This document shows, piece by piece, positions 36,987-50,499 of a stretch of DNA of 64,000 nucleotides. Positions within the stretch are counted from its first letter, which is position 1. Each line of letters opens with the position of its first letter. The notes beneath the pieces are model-generated. The model worked only from the letters and a program-made list of their open reading frames with translations. It searched no databases and was not told the DNA's origin. Source of the stretch: Selaginella moellendorffii (taxonomy: Eukaryota > Plantae > Lycopodiophyta); contig NW_003314296.1 of the NCBI RefSeq assembly GCF_000143415.4, positions 601,645 through 665,644 of the forward strand, read 5' to 3'. Both the position numbers and the translations under genes were made by a program.

Positions 36987-37561
36987 ATGGCGTCGCTGGT
37001 TAGTGTTCCTGGTGGTTTTCCCGGTGGAGCGGGATGGGTTCTCGATTCTAGAATCAGGTACTTTGAGCAGGGGGTTCCACTTTTATCCAGGAAGAGATAC
37101 TTTAGCCTCTGCCGACGAGGAAAGGGTGTTACTTATGGAAGTAGCGTAGTGATAGTGAGGGCGGACAAGCGAAGCAATGCGCCAGAAGCCGAAGCGACGG
37201 ACAAATGGCTGAAGCTCCTCCCGGACAAGAAGTCGGCTTTGTATTCTCACAGCCTTCCCTGCATTGAGGCGTGGCTGAAGAGCTTGGGATTCTCACAGTC
37301 GGCCGAGGAGAGAGCTTCGTGGGTGATTGAGAGGTCGGATTGGCACGCGCAATTGTCTCTGGAGATCACGGAGCTTCGTATCAGGTGGCTTGTTGTCTCT
37401 TTGTTTTCTCTTTTCTTTTATTGATTTGCTTCCTACCTCTTGTTTTGGATTTAAGATACCTCAAGGGCGGCCCTGGTAACTTGGAGAGAGATATTGAGCG
37501 GAAATTTAGCTATGCACTTTGCAGGGAAGACTTGGAGAATGCAATCTTGGGAGGACCATAG
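36987..37561 (+). CDS. DUF3143 family protein, probably plastid-targeted
   Basis: LYSHSLPCIEAWLKSLGF...WHAQLSL...ERKFSYALCREDLENAILGGP with a transit-peptide-like N-terminus. One intron. Confidence 0.82.
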
Positions 37562-40481
37562 GTGGTAGTTTTTTGCTCCTGAAATATTCTAAATTCTGAA
37601 CATCTATAGGCCTCGATGGATGCTGCAACCATCTTGGCAGATTGGTTTTGCCATGACTCAGAGAGCATGCCCAACAATATACATGTTTTTAGTATATCTT
37701 AAGCATTATAGAGTGAAAGAACATCATACATTACTCCATCAATGTGAAATAACACTGGGAAATTGTATAAAATTGTTTAAGGAATATCTGTAAAGTTTTT
37801 GCTATTTAGAATTAAGTTTAAAGCTTTACTAATTTTTTTACTTTAAACAAGAAGTATTTATTACATTTTTCCTAAATTATAAAAGTGAACCTTATACATA
37901 TAATTTATTATTATATTATATTACACATTTATTTTTTGGTAATTATTACATTAACTATCACATGCTTTTACTATCTTTAACTGTTACATTATTTATATTC
38001 TTTATTATATTTGTTGTTATAATAGATGACTACAGTAAAATTTAAAATAACTTGGATAATGAAAATTCAAATGGCTTGGATCATAATAAGTTAAAAACTT
38101 TAACTTTTTATTTTATTTTATTTATTTATATGATGTAATTATGATCATTCTAGACTATCATTATATATATACCATAATATATGGGACTATTATTTTATAA
38201 AACATTGTCCAAAATAAAGAGTAATTTACAATTTTCTTTCAGTTGGCCCAATTTAATAAAAAATATTAAAAATTAAAATTTTATAAATTAATTGAGGCAT
38301 ACATAAATCAGCCACTTAGTTAAATAAATCTTTAGATTTAAAAAATATAGGACTGTAAAAAATATAAAATATTTTTAATTATATTTAATTTAATAAGCTT
38401 TAATAAAATAAATTATAAAAAAATGTTAATATCCTACACAAAAACCTTATTAATAATCTTTATAGTGCAACTTTTAATGTTTTTAATAATCTATCTGTGC
38501 CATTTATATATATTCAAAATTAATGTGTATATAACTTTTTGGCATTTACACATAAAAAAAGGAGGTTTAATAAATTTTCACCATAAGAAAAAATATTAAG
38601 TTTTAATGTATTTTACAAAAATTTACATAAAAATATCATTTAAATATTTAAGAATATCTAAGATATGATTTATATTTAAATTATTAACAGAACTAAATCT
38701 AGTTAATGCACGATAATCTTAGTGTCAATATAAAGTTATATAGTGATCTTCAAAAATAGAAATAATTTTGACTCTCTTGAAAGTATTTACTTTTTAAATT
38801 AATACTCTTTAGATTGTTATGGTAAGCCTTAAATAATAGTCATCCTCGTAGTTTAACAAATGAAAACGTCATGGTCAAGAGCTTCTAATTATCCAAATAA
38901 TATCTAGACCAATTTATACAGTCATTTTATATTCTGAAAAAGGAAAAGCTTCTTGTGCCAGCACGGACTGTAGGATATTTCCCAGCCTTTTGAACTAACC
39001 TCAACTAACCTACAATAAAAGTAGCTAGGGCGGGATGGGCAGCAAGGTACGTATTTGCACATAGCACCCTCCCTCTCGTACGGGCAGCACGGGCAGCCTC
39101 CATGGGGCGGTAACAAGTTGTTGTCGGGCGTGTGTTTCAAAATCGAGAAAAAAAGAAGCATTAAAAAGAGTGTGAGAAAACAATGCAAAAGCATTTAATT
39201 CAATGGAGCGATGCGATAGCCCCAGTTTTGAAACTCCAGACTCCGAGAAAAGGCCCTTGGTAACGGCCCCATGGCCATCCATGCCCATGCCGATGAATGC
39301 ATGGCCCGGCCATACCATACATTCAAGCCAGATGGGACAGCCACGTGGGAGTTTCGTACGTGGGCCTGTCAAAAAACACACAAACTCCTATTCGGCCATC
39401 AGGTAATGACTGGCGGCGTCTTGACTGGGGGAGGCATCAGCCGACCGAAACATTCGCATATTCATGCGAGCCGTCACGCTCCGAGATTTAAATCCGAGGC
39501 CCGGCTATGCTATTGGCGGGGCACCAAAGCGTCGCCTTGTGAGGAGACTTTTGGTGGCGACGGTTTTTAGGGCGGATGGTTCCTGGACCTTCGAAGCGTT
39601 CGCCCCTTTTAACCCCTTGTTTGCATGCCCTTTCCAAACGGAAAGGTGGCGGACTCCCCTGGGGCACATACGTCAATCGACGGCTCCCAAGTCCAACCAA
39701 CGATTGGGGGAGCAATCTAGGCCATTGCCTTGTCCTCGAGTTGACTAAACACTCAATAATACAAAAGAGAGCTCCTCGCATTATACAAGTCAATCGAGCT
39801 CTTGGTGTATCGAGCACCGGCTGTTGTTTATATAGCCCTAAAAATAATCTCTACGCGAACTATCACCGGGAAAGAATTTGTGCATTGGGACCCAACGCCA
39901 CTTCCTTGACAAGACTGCAAGGGCCGGATATCTGGCCACGTGGACGGCAAAGATGACAGGAATATCCACGTCAGCATGATCGAATCTAGGGCGGCGTCGA
40001 TTCAACGGCGGGGATGGGCACTAGGATATTTTCGCGGTGAATGTGAACAGCGGTTGGCAGTACACCGCGTGGGAAGTCACCGCGCTCATTTTTATTTTAC
40101 CCCCATTGTTGTGGTGTTCCAGTTCTCATTTTCCATTCATCGGTCTACCTAGCTTTCTCTCCTCCCTTTTCCTTCTCTCTTCGTTCTCTCTCTCGATACG
40201 AATGCCCTAGTGCCATCGATCCGCGATGGAGCGCTGGCGCTCGGCGGCGCTAGGTCATGGACTGTAGATCGGCATAGCTAGAGCGCGCATTGTAGTTTGG
40301 GATGGAGAATATCTAGATTTCCAGAAGCCAAGGCCCGGCGGCAAGGTTTTCCAGAAGAACGAGTGGTGATTTCTTCGGCAGGGCCGTCTCCATTCTCTGC
40401 AGTGGCCGATATTTCGTCGTGTTCTTGACCCTGGCGACCGATCGAATGGCGCAGCAGCGGGATTAAGGTGCGGGAACGAGT

Positions 40482-40715
40482 ATGGAGGTGGCACCGCCGA
40501 TATGCCAGCAGCACCAGCAGCGCCATTCGTGTGGAGACGAAATCTTTGCGTTTCGAGCTGGAGAGGCTGCAGGAGGAACGGCAGTGGCGCCGAGCGCCGC
40601 CACCGCCACCGATAGCAGCAACAAATTCGATCTAGCTCTTCCCGAGAAGAATTGCTTGACGTCAAATTTCACCATACGGTACGTTTTCCCATTTCCTTTA
40701 CTTTTAGATGCGAAG

Positions 40716-40759
<44 letters not shown>

Positions 40760-43700
40760 TCTCTTAGTGATCATTTCTTTGATCATTGTGACTGCAGAGG
40801 TTTCGTCTCGTTAGTTCGCAAGCAGGACATCAGGCAGACCTGGCCGTTTTCCGAGGAGCTCTTGCAGAGATACCTGAGTGAGGGGAAGTCACTGCCACAT
40901 CTAGATGCCACCCCGCCGACGAGTGTGGCAACCGTAAGAGCTTCTTCTGGGGAGGACGAAGTCGACGCTAGAGCCGTGGTGACGGAAGTGGTCCATCCCG
41001 GCGAGCAAGAGCTCGAGGTGCAATTCCACTTTGAGAATCAGGCCCGTGATGGGTCCAAGGGGTTGGACGGCCCAGGGGAGGAATCGAAGAGGATGGAAGC
41101 CGGTGTCTCGCTTGTGGCGTCAGAGACTTTAGCAGCAGGCAAAACGGGGGGAGAGGAAGGGGAAGCGAAAGACAAGGGCCTCGACTGCATAGAAGACAAG
41201 GCCTCCGACACGGGAGCAGAAGAGGTGGAAGCAATTCAAGGGTCGGCCAGGGAAGATGACGCTGGTGCTTCCAAGCCAGCCACAGGTGACGACGGCGTGG
41301 GAGAGGATGGGCAGCAGCAGAATGTATGCCCGGTTTGCGCCTCGTTTTCGTGTCACTCCGTAACAGCTCTCAACGCTCACATCGATGGGTGCCTCTCGGC
41401 GGCGCCGGGAACTGACAAGTGCCAGAGAGTCGTAGCGCTGCGCAGCACCAACACCACCGCCAACAACAAGGGCTCCTGCGCAAAGGTGCAAAAAATGCGG
41501 TCCATAACAGATATAATTGCTGCCGATCCGGCTCCATCTCCCAAGTCCGATTCGACTGCCAAGCACGCCGAGCCAGTGGTACGTGAGCGACGTGCGCCCA
41601 ACCATGTCGTCGTCCTGGCTGACAAGGAGGCGGCCGTGAGCAAGAGCTCGTCGGGGCAAGCGCAGCGCAACTTGAGATCAAGGTCCCGCGGCTCCCGGTC
41701 GATGATCCTGGTGAGCCCGATCAAGCCGGACGCCGGGGAGCGGGCGGCTCGCAGGCGGCGGCGGGAGTGCACAGGGAACTGCGTCCAGAAGTCGGGCGAG
41801 TGGTCGGAGCCGCACAAGAAGATGCGTCATTGCTCCGGCAACTCCGTGGAGGTGACAAGCTCATGGACTCCGTCCATCAGCTCGGGAACTTACTGCCATT
41901 CCAAGGTACGTTCTCTTTACTCTTGTTTCATTTCATGCTTGATATGCTCGTAGCTTTTAGAGTTTATAGAGGTGGAAGCAGGGATTTCCAGGGATACTCC
42001 AGGGGGATACAGGCACTAGAACAGGATCAGGCACGAAGAATGCTGCGAGATCTAGGGATAGGTAAGGCCGATGCGAGGTTGAAAGTAGAGGTGCATGGGC
42101 ATCTATGCGGTGGGAGAGCGCAAAATGGATGAGTTGTAGAGCAACGGAAACGACAGGAGAAGGGGAAGAGTAGGCATGGCAACGTCGTCGAGAGCATTAT
42201 TGAGGGCCCATTGGCGGGGGAGCTTGGCCTTTCCAGGTGGCAGGAGTTGGTTGGTGGGCAATCCTTGTGGTCCAGGTTCCTGTCCACGTGGATGCCTGCA
42301 TTCAAGCATCGGGACGGGAACAACGAGGACTTTGCGGGTTTGCCACTTGGTTTCAGCCGAGACATCGTTGTTAGAATTGTTTAGACGGGACGTGATCACG
42401 AGAGTTTTGCCAGGCGTGTCCGCCACTTGGACTTCTATAGTTACCAGGACAGTGAAGCAGGGCTGGTTGTAGCAGGATGAGAGCTAGTTTGCTAGTTTGC
42501 GATTGCTTTCTGCTTGTTTTGCTCTCTTCTGCTCTAATAACTTGCCCCCGATGCAGGCCCAAGACAACTTGGAGAAGTCTTGCGAGCTTTCGGAGAGCCA
42601 CGGCTCTGCGAACTGCTTGGATCCGTCGAGTTTGCAGCCTGCTGGTGTGGAGCAGGAGAAGACGCCAGAAAAAGCGAAAAGATCAGCGTGTACGGGGCCA
42701 GTCAATGTCACTGACGATTCCTCCTCCAACAAAGCAGATTGCGAAAAGCCTCAAGGAGTCGAGGCACCTACCCGGACTGATACGTCCATCGATGCTCCGG
42801 ACGCTTTGCCACCCCCGGATACGCAGATTCCTGAAGGTCCTCCTGTACCTGCGGTGGTGGAAAGTAAAGCGGATGCTGATAGATCAGCGGAGGGAGCCAA
42901 GGCGTGTATGGAAGCTGCAAACCCTGATCCTCCACCTGCTGATCCGGCAGTAGTCGCAACAAGTGCCCCTCCGGCTGTGTCAACAGCCGCGCAATCTGAG
43001 GTATGCATGCAGAACAAGATCGTAGCGGAGGTCATGACGCTGTCGCCTTGTAAGCAGAATGCTGTGCAGCGTCCCAGGTCTATTCCGCTCTACGACTCTA
43101 TGATATCCAGCCTGAGATCAACCTCAGTCGACTCGGTAACTGGCTACAGCCACTTCAACAATCCAACATGGAAGGCAGCGGTTGTGATGGCTACGTTAGG
43201 AGCCTCCTTGGCGAAGACTAACAGCACTCCCTCGACGCCCGCTTCTGTTGTTACCAGTATCGGAAACAGCGAGGCTTCAGCACCAAGGGTCGACTTGTGC
43301 AGCCAGGCTTCTGACAGCATCTGCGTCTCGGTGGTACCTGTTGTCGAAGCAAGTTCAAAGGCGGGTCCTTACAACAGAGACAATCCGGTTAGCGAAGCCA
43401 AGGCAACAGCTACCGATCGAGTCGCCTTCAAAGAAACAGGCGTGCATGGATACTATCAGGCGTTACCCGGACGAGTATCGGCTCTGGACAAGTCAAAGTT
43501 TCCGTTCCAGAATGTTGGCCATCCAACAGAAGCAGTGCAGTGTTTTCCAAGCTCCTCCACCAAAATTCCGAAAGTGCCCGGGTGGATGCAAGGCGGCGAT
43601 CGTGCAGCGGTGATCGACGTCGACCAGGTTTCTTTTAAGGCTCAGGCTTCGTCCAGCGATGCCAAAGCGGAGAAACCCGTCCTGCGGCTCCTCGGTCAGA

Positions 43701-45315
43701 ACGTGATGGTGGAGTCGGGTCACAAAGATGTGCAAGGAGCTAAAAGCCCCTACAGCTTCTCGGTTCCTGGCGTACACGCTGCTGCCACCGGATATCATAC
43801 TCCTTGCTGCTGCTCGTCGAGGTCGGCCGCACCAGCCGAGCATATAGCTTTTGCTCTGGGGAAAGAGATGCCAGTTCCTTACACCAGCAACAGTGCAATC
43901 TCCCAGATCCCGCTCCCAGGTACATGGAGGCTTCTGCCGAATGGGATATTGAGTCAGGTCAATGGACACCAGATAAATCTTGGTTCCGCCAAGCTGGGAG
44001 GTGCACCACTGAACTGCTGCCTTCATAAAAGCTGCAGCCAACAACATCAGCCACAACAGCAGCAGCAACCGCAGAAAGTTCGGCCGGGTGGCGATCAGAA
44101 AAACGCTGGCGATCTTCCGCCTTGGCTTCTAGCTGCGAAGAAACAAAAGGAGGCAGAGGCAAACGTCATTGTCATTGATGACGACGACGCGGACGAAGAG
44201 AAGGCCAGTCCAACGTCGGTTTCAAAGGCGGCTGTCATTGCCAAGGGAGGAGCTTCGCCGTCAGAGGTCGAATTCACTGGGGAACGGTCTGTGCGCCCGA
44301 GCGACAAATCGACGTCAGCTCGACTCACTTATGCTCCGGGAACAGCTTCGCCACACAAGAGAGAGGCTGGCGGCGACTGGACCCAGCAGCCGCACGAGAA
44401 AGCGGCCAAGATCACCACCAGCGACTCCCCGCAAGTGGCGAACAGGATGGGAATTCCGGTGCTGGTCCCGACCTGGATGATTTCCAGCAGCGACAGCAGC
44501 GGCAGTGTCAACCAGTCCAAGCGCGGAGCCACCGCGCAAGCGTACAAGGCACGAATCGCGATGATGAAGGCGTATATGCACAGCTCCGGTGACGCCAATC
44601 CAGCACAGATCCACCAGCAGCAGCAGAGAAGCTTGCCACCCGGGTCTTGTGTATATCAGCTCTCGCAGCAGCAAGGAGCTCCCAGGTTGATCCCGGTCCA
44701 AGCTCCTCTTGGCAGTGGTAATGGTGGTGGTGGTGGTAGTGATTTACTACCCGGATATATAACGCATGGAGGAGGAGGAGGACTGGGACAGCATCACCAT
44801 CAGCTTTACCAGCAGCAGCAGCAGCTAAGTTTATTGGTGGGGAAGGACTGTCACATCATCGAGCTCGAAGACGGGCAGCAGTGCCTGCTTGTCAATGGCC
44901 ACATGATGGAGGCGGCGGAGCAGCAGCAGCAGATGATCACGGTGGCGGCGGCGGCGGAGAGCGCCGCTGCTGTGGCGGCCGCGGCGGCGGCGGCGGAGAG
45001 CATGGCTCTCGGCAAGAGGCTCGTCCGGGACGCGTCCGGGAGGAGCTTTGTTCTTTGCAACGATGGCGAGGGTGGCGGCGGTGGTAGCAGCGGCAGCGGC
45101 AGTGCTGGGCGTGGTGGCGAGAGTGGAGCGAAGATCTTGGTCACTCCGGTTCTCCCGGGCGATGGTTCCGGCTATCACGGTATCGTCCTCGCCGGTCCAG
45201 GTACTTCTTCCACTTCCAGCGATCACCACCACCACCACCACGGCCACCACCACCACCACCACCACCAGATCGCCACCGCCGCTACTCCATCTCACGCTGT
45301 TCTTCCACTCTCGAT

Positions 45316-45346
<31 letters not shown>

Positions 45347-45424
45347 ATCAAAATCCTCCAGAGCCAAATGCGAGCAGCGGACAAGGGGGTCATGTGTTCT
45401 TGGAGCTACGGACAAAAGAGTTAG
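40482..45424 (+). CDS. HAPLESS8/EMF1-like nuclear protein with UBZ-type zinc finger
   Basis: FTIR|GFVSLVRKQDIRQTWPFS, CPVCASFSCHSVTALNAHIDGCL, KMRSITDI and PVLRLLGQNVMV. Low-complexity tail. Confidence 0.75.
40719..40756. repeat. (CT)n microsatellite in intron 1
   Basis: Perfect CT run. Confidence 0.9.
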
Positions 45425-46104
45425 CGAATTTATTTATTCAAACGATTGGATTGATCGGCCGACCGGCGATCAATCGATCAAAATGCTTAGTATATATATA
45501 CCGTACAGATTAATGTATTGGATAATTCGTCCCAATTTTTTTTTCTCTTCGTTCTCGGGACAAAAAAAGATTTATCGTCTCGATGCTTGTGAAAGTACTG
45601 CAAACATATCTGTTCCATGGGAGTAAAATCTCACGGACAACGATACATACATCGCTCCGGTAAAAGAGAGTAAAAAAAGGCGCACAGCACAGGTGAAATT
45701 TGTTTGACTGGCTAGTCATTTTAAGTAGAATCGGTTCTTGGCTAGGTAGAGATTTGGATGAAGCCACATAGAGTAGCTCCAAACATTTGAAAGGGTGGCG
45801 CATTCCGGGTGGGAATTTCGATACCACATTCCCGGCGCGGAATTTCCAGAGGCTGTGGCTACACGTGAGAGATGAGAAGACGAAAGAAAGCTATTGGCAA
45901 ACCTAAGTGATAGGAGAAAAGTTTCTTTCGCGCATTGGGAAGCGCGAAGCTCAGAAAGGTTTCTCTCTCTCGCAGTCGCGGATGAGATCGTAGTGTAGAT
46001 AGAGGAGCGCTCACGGATTTCTAAAGATTCTTGCGGGGCGCTGCAACGATCGAGGAGGATCGGGCAAGAAAGAATCCAGCAAGATCGAGGAGCGGGGGGA
46101 AATC

Positions 46105-46859
46105 ATGAGCCCGGCACAAGCAACGGCTAACGGCAGCGCCAGGATCGTGGCGGCGGCGGCAATGGCGCCGACGAGAAAGACGATGGGATTGTGCGTCTTG
46201 GAGGGAGCTCTGCTTCGATCGTCTTGCGGCTTTCCCTACTTGTTCTTGGTGGCGTTCGAGGCCGGGAGCATTATCCGCGCGTTTGCGCTGCTTCTTGCTT
46301 ATCCCTTTCTGCTCGTCGCCGCCAAGATCTTCGAGTCTTGCCTCCTCGATCAAGCGCTCGTCTTCATCGCGCTGGGCGGGCTCAAGGTGTCGGCAGTGGA
46401 ATCCGTGGCCAGGGCCGTGCTGCCGAAGTTCTACCTCGAGGATTTGCGCTGGGATTGCTACAGCAAGCTTGTCAACTGCAAGAGGCGCTGCGTCGTCGCG
46501 ACGAGGAGCCCTCGGCAGCTGATCGAGCCCTTCCTGCGCGAATTCTTGGGGGCCGAGCAGATTCTAGGGCCGGAGCTCCAGATCACTGACGGCGGGTATT
46601 GCACAGGGTTGATCATCGCGTCGTCGATCCCAGCACCGGCTGTCCAGGCGGATATCGGTATTTGCTGCTCCAGCGATCGCGATCTTGTCAGGCAATGCAA
46701 GGTGAGCGAAATCTTGTCTTTCTTCCATTCTCTCTCGCAGAATTTCCTCTTCTCTCGGATGATATTTGTTTCGACGTTCTCTCTTTCTCCATCACAATCA
46801 ATCCATCGCTTTCTCTCTGTGTCTCTCTGGCAAAATTTTCATTCCACTCCATAGATCGA

Positions 46860-46891
<32 letters not shown>

Positions 46892-47908
46892 TCTCTTCTC
46901 TCTTATTTTCTTCTATCGCTCTCGCTCAAGCTCCTTGTTTCAAATTTGTTCCAGGAAGAATTCGTGGTGGAGGCGAGCGCCCACGCGCGCCCAGTCCCGC
47001 GCAAGCACTACTTGAAACCCCTGATCTTTCACGACGGCCGCCTCGCAGTCCGCCCCACGCCCGCTATGGCGCTCACGATCTTCCTCTGGCTCCCCATCGG
47101 CATCGCGCTGGCCATCCCACGATCCCTAATCCTTGTCCTCTGCCCTAACATCCCCCTCATCCTCGCCGCCGAGGCGCTGCTGGGTATCGTGCTGCGCTAC
47201 AGTGGAACTCCCCCGGAGAATATTCCGTCGTCCCGTCCGAGCAGAATATCCTCCGCCACTGGGAATCTCTTCGTGTGCTCCCACCGGACGCTCCTCGACC
47301 CGGTGATGCTGTCGGGCATGGTGCTGCGACGGGTGACGGCCGTCACGTATAGCATCAGCTGGGTGAGCGAGCTGCTATCGCCCATCCGGACCGTCCGCCT
47401 CACACGGTGTCGATCGCACGACGCCCGAACGATCAGCAACCACTTGAGGAGGGGTGACCTAATCGTCTGCCCGGAGGGCACCACTTGCCGCGAGCCCTAT
47501 CTCCTGCGCTTCTCCAAGCTCTTCGTGGAGATCGCCGAGAACGTCGTGCCGGTGGCCATGAACTGCGAGATCCAGCTCTTCCACGGGACGTCGGTGCGCG
47601 GGTGGAAGGCGATGGATCCCTTCTTCTTCGCGCTCAATCCGCGCCCCAGGTACGAGGTGAATTTCCTGGAGAGGCTGAGCCTGCAAGAGCTGACGGATCG
47701 CGGCGCCAGCAGCTTCGAGATCGCCAACATGATCCAGCACCGGATCGCGCGCGCGCTAGGGTTCCAGTGCACAGGATTCACGCGCCGGGACAAGTACCGG
47801 ATGCTGGCCGAGCAAAAGGTGCGAGGAGGGGGAGGAGCTCGGAAAAGCGCGGGAAAGTTTGAAAATTTGAAGCCCGCGGAAGATTCCAAGGAACATTTCT
47901 TGTTGTGA
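46105..47908 (+). CDS. GPAT: Land-plant sn-2 glycerol-3-phosphate acyltransferase, phosphatase-minus type
   Basis: FPYLFLVAFEAG, ARAVLPKFY, PLIFHDGRL, CSHRTLLDP, VTAVTYS and CPEGTTCREPYLLRFS. Intron ~46702-46954. Confidence 0.94.
46859..46890. repeat. (AATC)n microsatellite in GPAT intron
   Basis: Tandem AATC run. Confidence 0.85.
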
Positions 47909-48533
47909 AATTTTACTAGTCCGTGCGCTTGTACGGAAACTCTCTATCTTGGGCCCCACTAGGGTTTGGAGCGCTTGTTCTTTGTTTGCCCGGGCGGAGC
48001 GAAGGCGCTTGGTGCGCGGCGGCGGTACCGAAATTTCACGCGAATCGAGGTGAGGAAGAGCTTGCGTCTTTGATTTCTTGGCTCGGAGCTGGAGATTATC
48101 CGATTCCTTCCTTCCCCGAGCTCTCTTTCGTGCTGCTGGAGCTTTTTTCTGGTTTTCGTGTCTGGTTTGCCTGTGGAAGTGGTCCGGAGAGAAAGAAGAA
48201 TGCCCATTTTTATTCACTGCCCCTGTGTGCATGGATAGATGCGTGGCGCTTGGACTCGAGCCAGGAGCTAGCCTTTACTTTAGAACTGGCGTGTGTGTCT
48301 TGAGGGGAGGAGGAAGAGGATGATGAAGCAGGAGGGTATGTCATCGCTTCTATTGGGGAGGAGCCTTGAGATCGAGCCATGGAGGGAGCTTTTGGAGCTC
48401 GTGTGGATCAAAGGCTCTCTCTTTTTGGTTTGCGTGGTCGTCTGTGTCTAGATTTTCTTTCTCTGTGGCACTGACGCTTTGTTTCCTTGCACTGTGAAGG
48501 CTTTGAGCTGTTACAAGCAGCCAGCTGTAAGTC

Positions 48534-50027
48534 ATGAGCCGGTCCAGCCGAACTATTTATGTCGGGAACCTCCCGGGAGACGTGAGAGAGCGGGAAATTG
48601 ACGACTTGTTTCACAAGGTATTCTCGTTTTCGGTTTGCTCGGCTCAACCCACATATCTTGTTTCGCAGTATGGGCCCATTGTAGACATTGACTTGAAACT
48701 CCCACCGAGGCCTCCAGGCTACTGCTTCATCGAGTTTGAAGACGTTCGAGATGCCGAGGATGCTATACGCGGACGTGACGGCTACAACTTCGATGGATAC
48801 CGTTTACGGGTTGAAATCGCTCACGGTGGCCGAGGCCCTCCGTCCTCGGATCGATACAGCAGCTATGGCGGCCGGGGCGGAAGTGTGTCCAGGCGTTCGG
48901 AGTATAGAGGTGTGTATACAGGCTTTGGATGAAGTTTGCTACCTGGTTTCCTAACGTTTCTTGGCGACAGTTATAATCACTGGATTGCCCTCGTCGGCAT
49001 CGTGGCAGGATTTGAAGGTATTGCGCTTCCATTGCTGTTTGTTGTCGCCACTTAACTTCTCAACTATAGGACCATATGCGCCGAGCTGGCGACGTTTGCT
49101 TTGCACAAGTGTTTCGAGAGGGAAATGGTAACAGTGCATTATTTTTGGGGGAAAGTTGTTTTAACTGTGTCGTCTCAGGAACTACTGGCATTGTGGATTT
49201 CACCAATTATGACGATATGAAATACGCGGTTAATTTTTCTTTCTGTATATTCTCTTTTGCTGGACTGGAGATTGATTCTAGTGTTTTTTGACAGATAAAA
49301 AAACTTGATGATTCGGAGTTTCGGAATCCATTTTCTCGCTCGTACATTCGTGTCAAAGAAGACAAGTCTCAGGGCTTGAAACGAAGCACTTCACGCAGCT
49401 TGAGTCGAAGTCGGAGCAGGAGTCATAGCCACAGCTATACCCGAAGCAGGAGCCGCAGCGGAAGTCGCAGCCGAAGTCGCAGCCGCGGGTATGGCATTTC
49501 TTTTCTTTATGGGATGCATTTACCATTTACCATGTACATGCAGACGGTCAAGGACTCCGAGAAGCAGGTCCAAGTCCCCCTCGAAGTCAGTGTCCAAGTC
49601 TCCTGTAGCACGGTCGAGGTAAAATTATTTAGAAGTACGGTTTCACAATTATCTGACCTTCATTGATGTTGTGCAGGTCACGCTCGCCTCAGACGTCGGT
49701 AAGCTGGGGTGAATTGTCATTATATTTTCTTAATTGTTTTCTTGAGTTTTGTAGAGGTCTCCTGTGAAGGAGTTGAGCCCAAGCCCAAGCCCGCGTCGCT
49801 CACGCTCACCTTCTCCTGCGGTAATTCTGCTTTTACCTGTTGCTTGTACTGACAAGTTGGCGGTGGTGTAGGCTGAAAAGAGTCCTGCCAGGGATGTTTT
49901 TTCAAGTGAAGCCAGCGCCAAAGCCGAGGCTAATGTATGTATTTTATCTGTATTTACGTCAACTTACGACTGTTCTTGACAGGGAGGGTCTCCTGCGCCT
50001 CGAAGTCCGTCTCTGGTGTCCGAGTGA
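48534..50027 (+). CDS. SR splicing factor, ASF/SF2 (SR30/SR34)-like
   Basis: [31 protein letters not shown]|[24 protein letters not shown] and an RS tail. The 3' end is approximate. Confidence 0.92.
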
Positions 50028-50499
50028 GCTTGCGGTGCCGGAGATTTTGGTCTGAAGCTTTTTTCTCATTATGGTACATTTTAGTTTTTTCAACTTATAA
50101 GGTAGTCAGATGGTTTGCAGAGTCCTGGGCATTGCATGGATTAGTGGAATGCTCAACAGATTGGATTGCTAGTGTAAGTTACTGCTGTTACTATTCGATT
50201 GTTTGTTACTGTGTTTACTGTCTGGGATCATACATGAGCTTATATGATGATGGACGTGGGAATGGAAATTGGTTTCGTTGTTGACTTTGCAGCCTTAAAC
50301 CTCAAGAGAACATGATCCAAAAGAAAATATAAAACCAAGTAAGCGTTCTCTTGTTCTGTGTACCATAATATAAAATTAGCTGCAGGTGATGCAGCGTCAA
50401 CGTTTGTAGTTTATGAGCCTCTCCCTCGCGCAATTCTCGTGATATCCTCCATTTTGTTTCTTTTTTCTTTTTTTCCGAAAGAATGAGACTGATCTGGTT

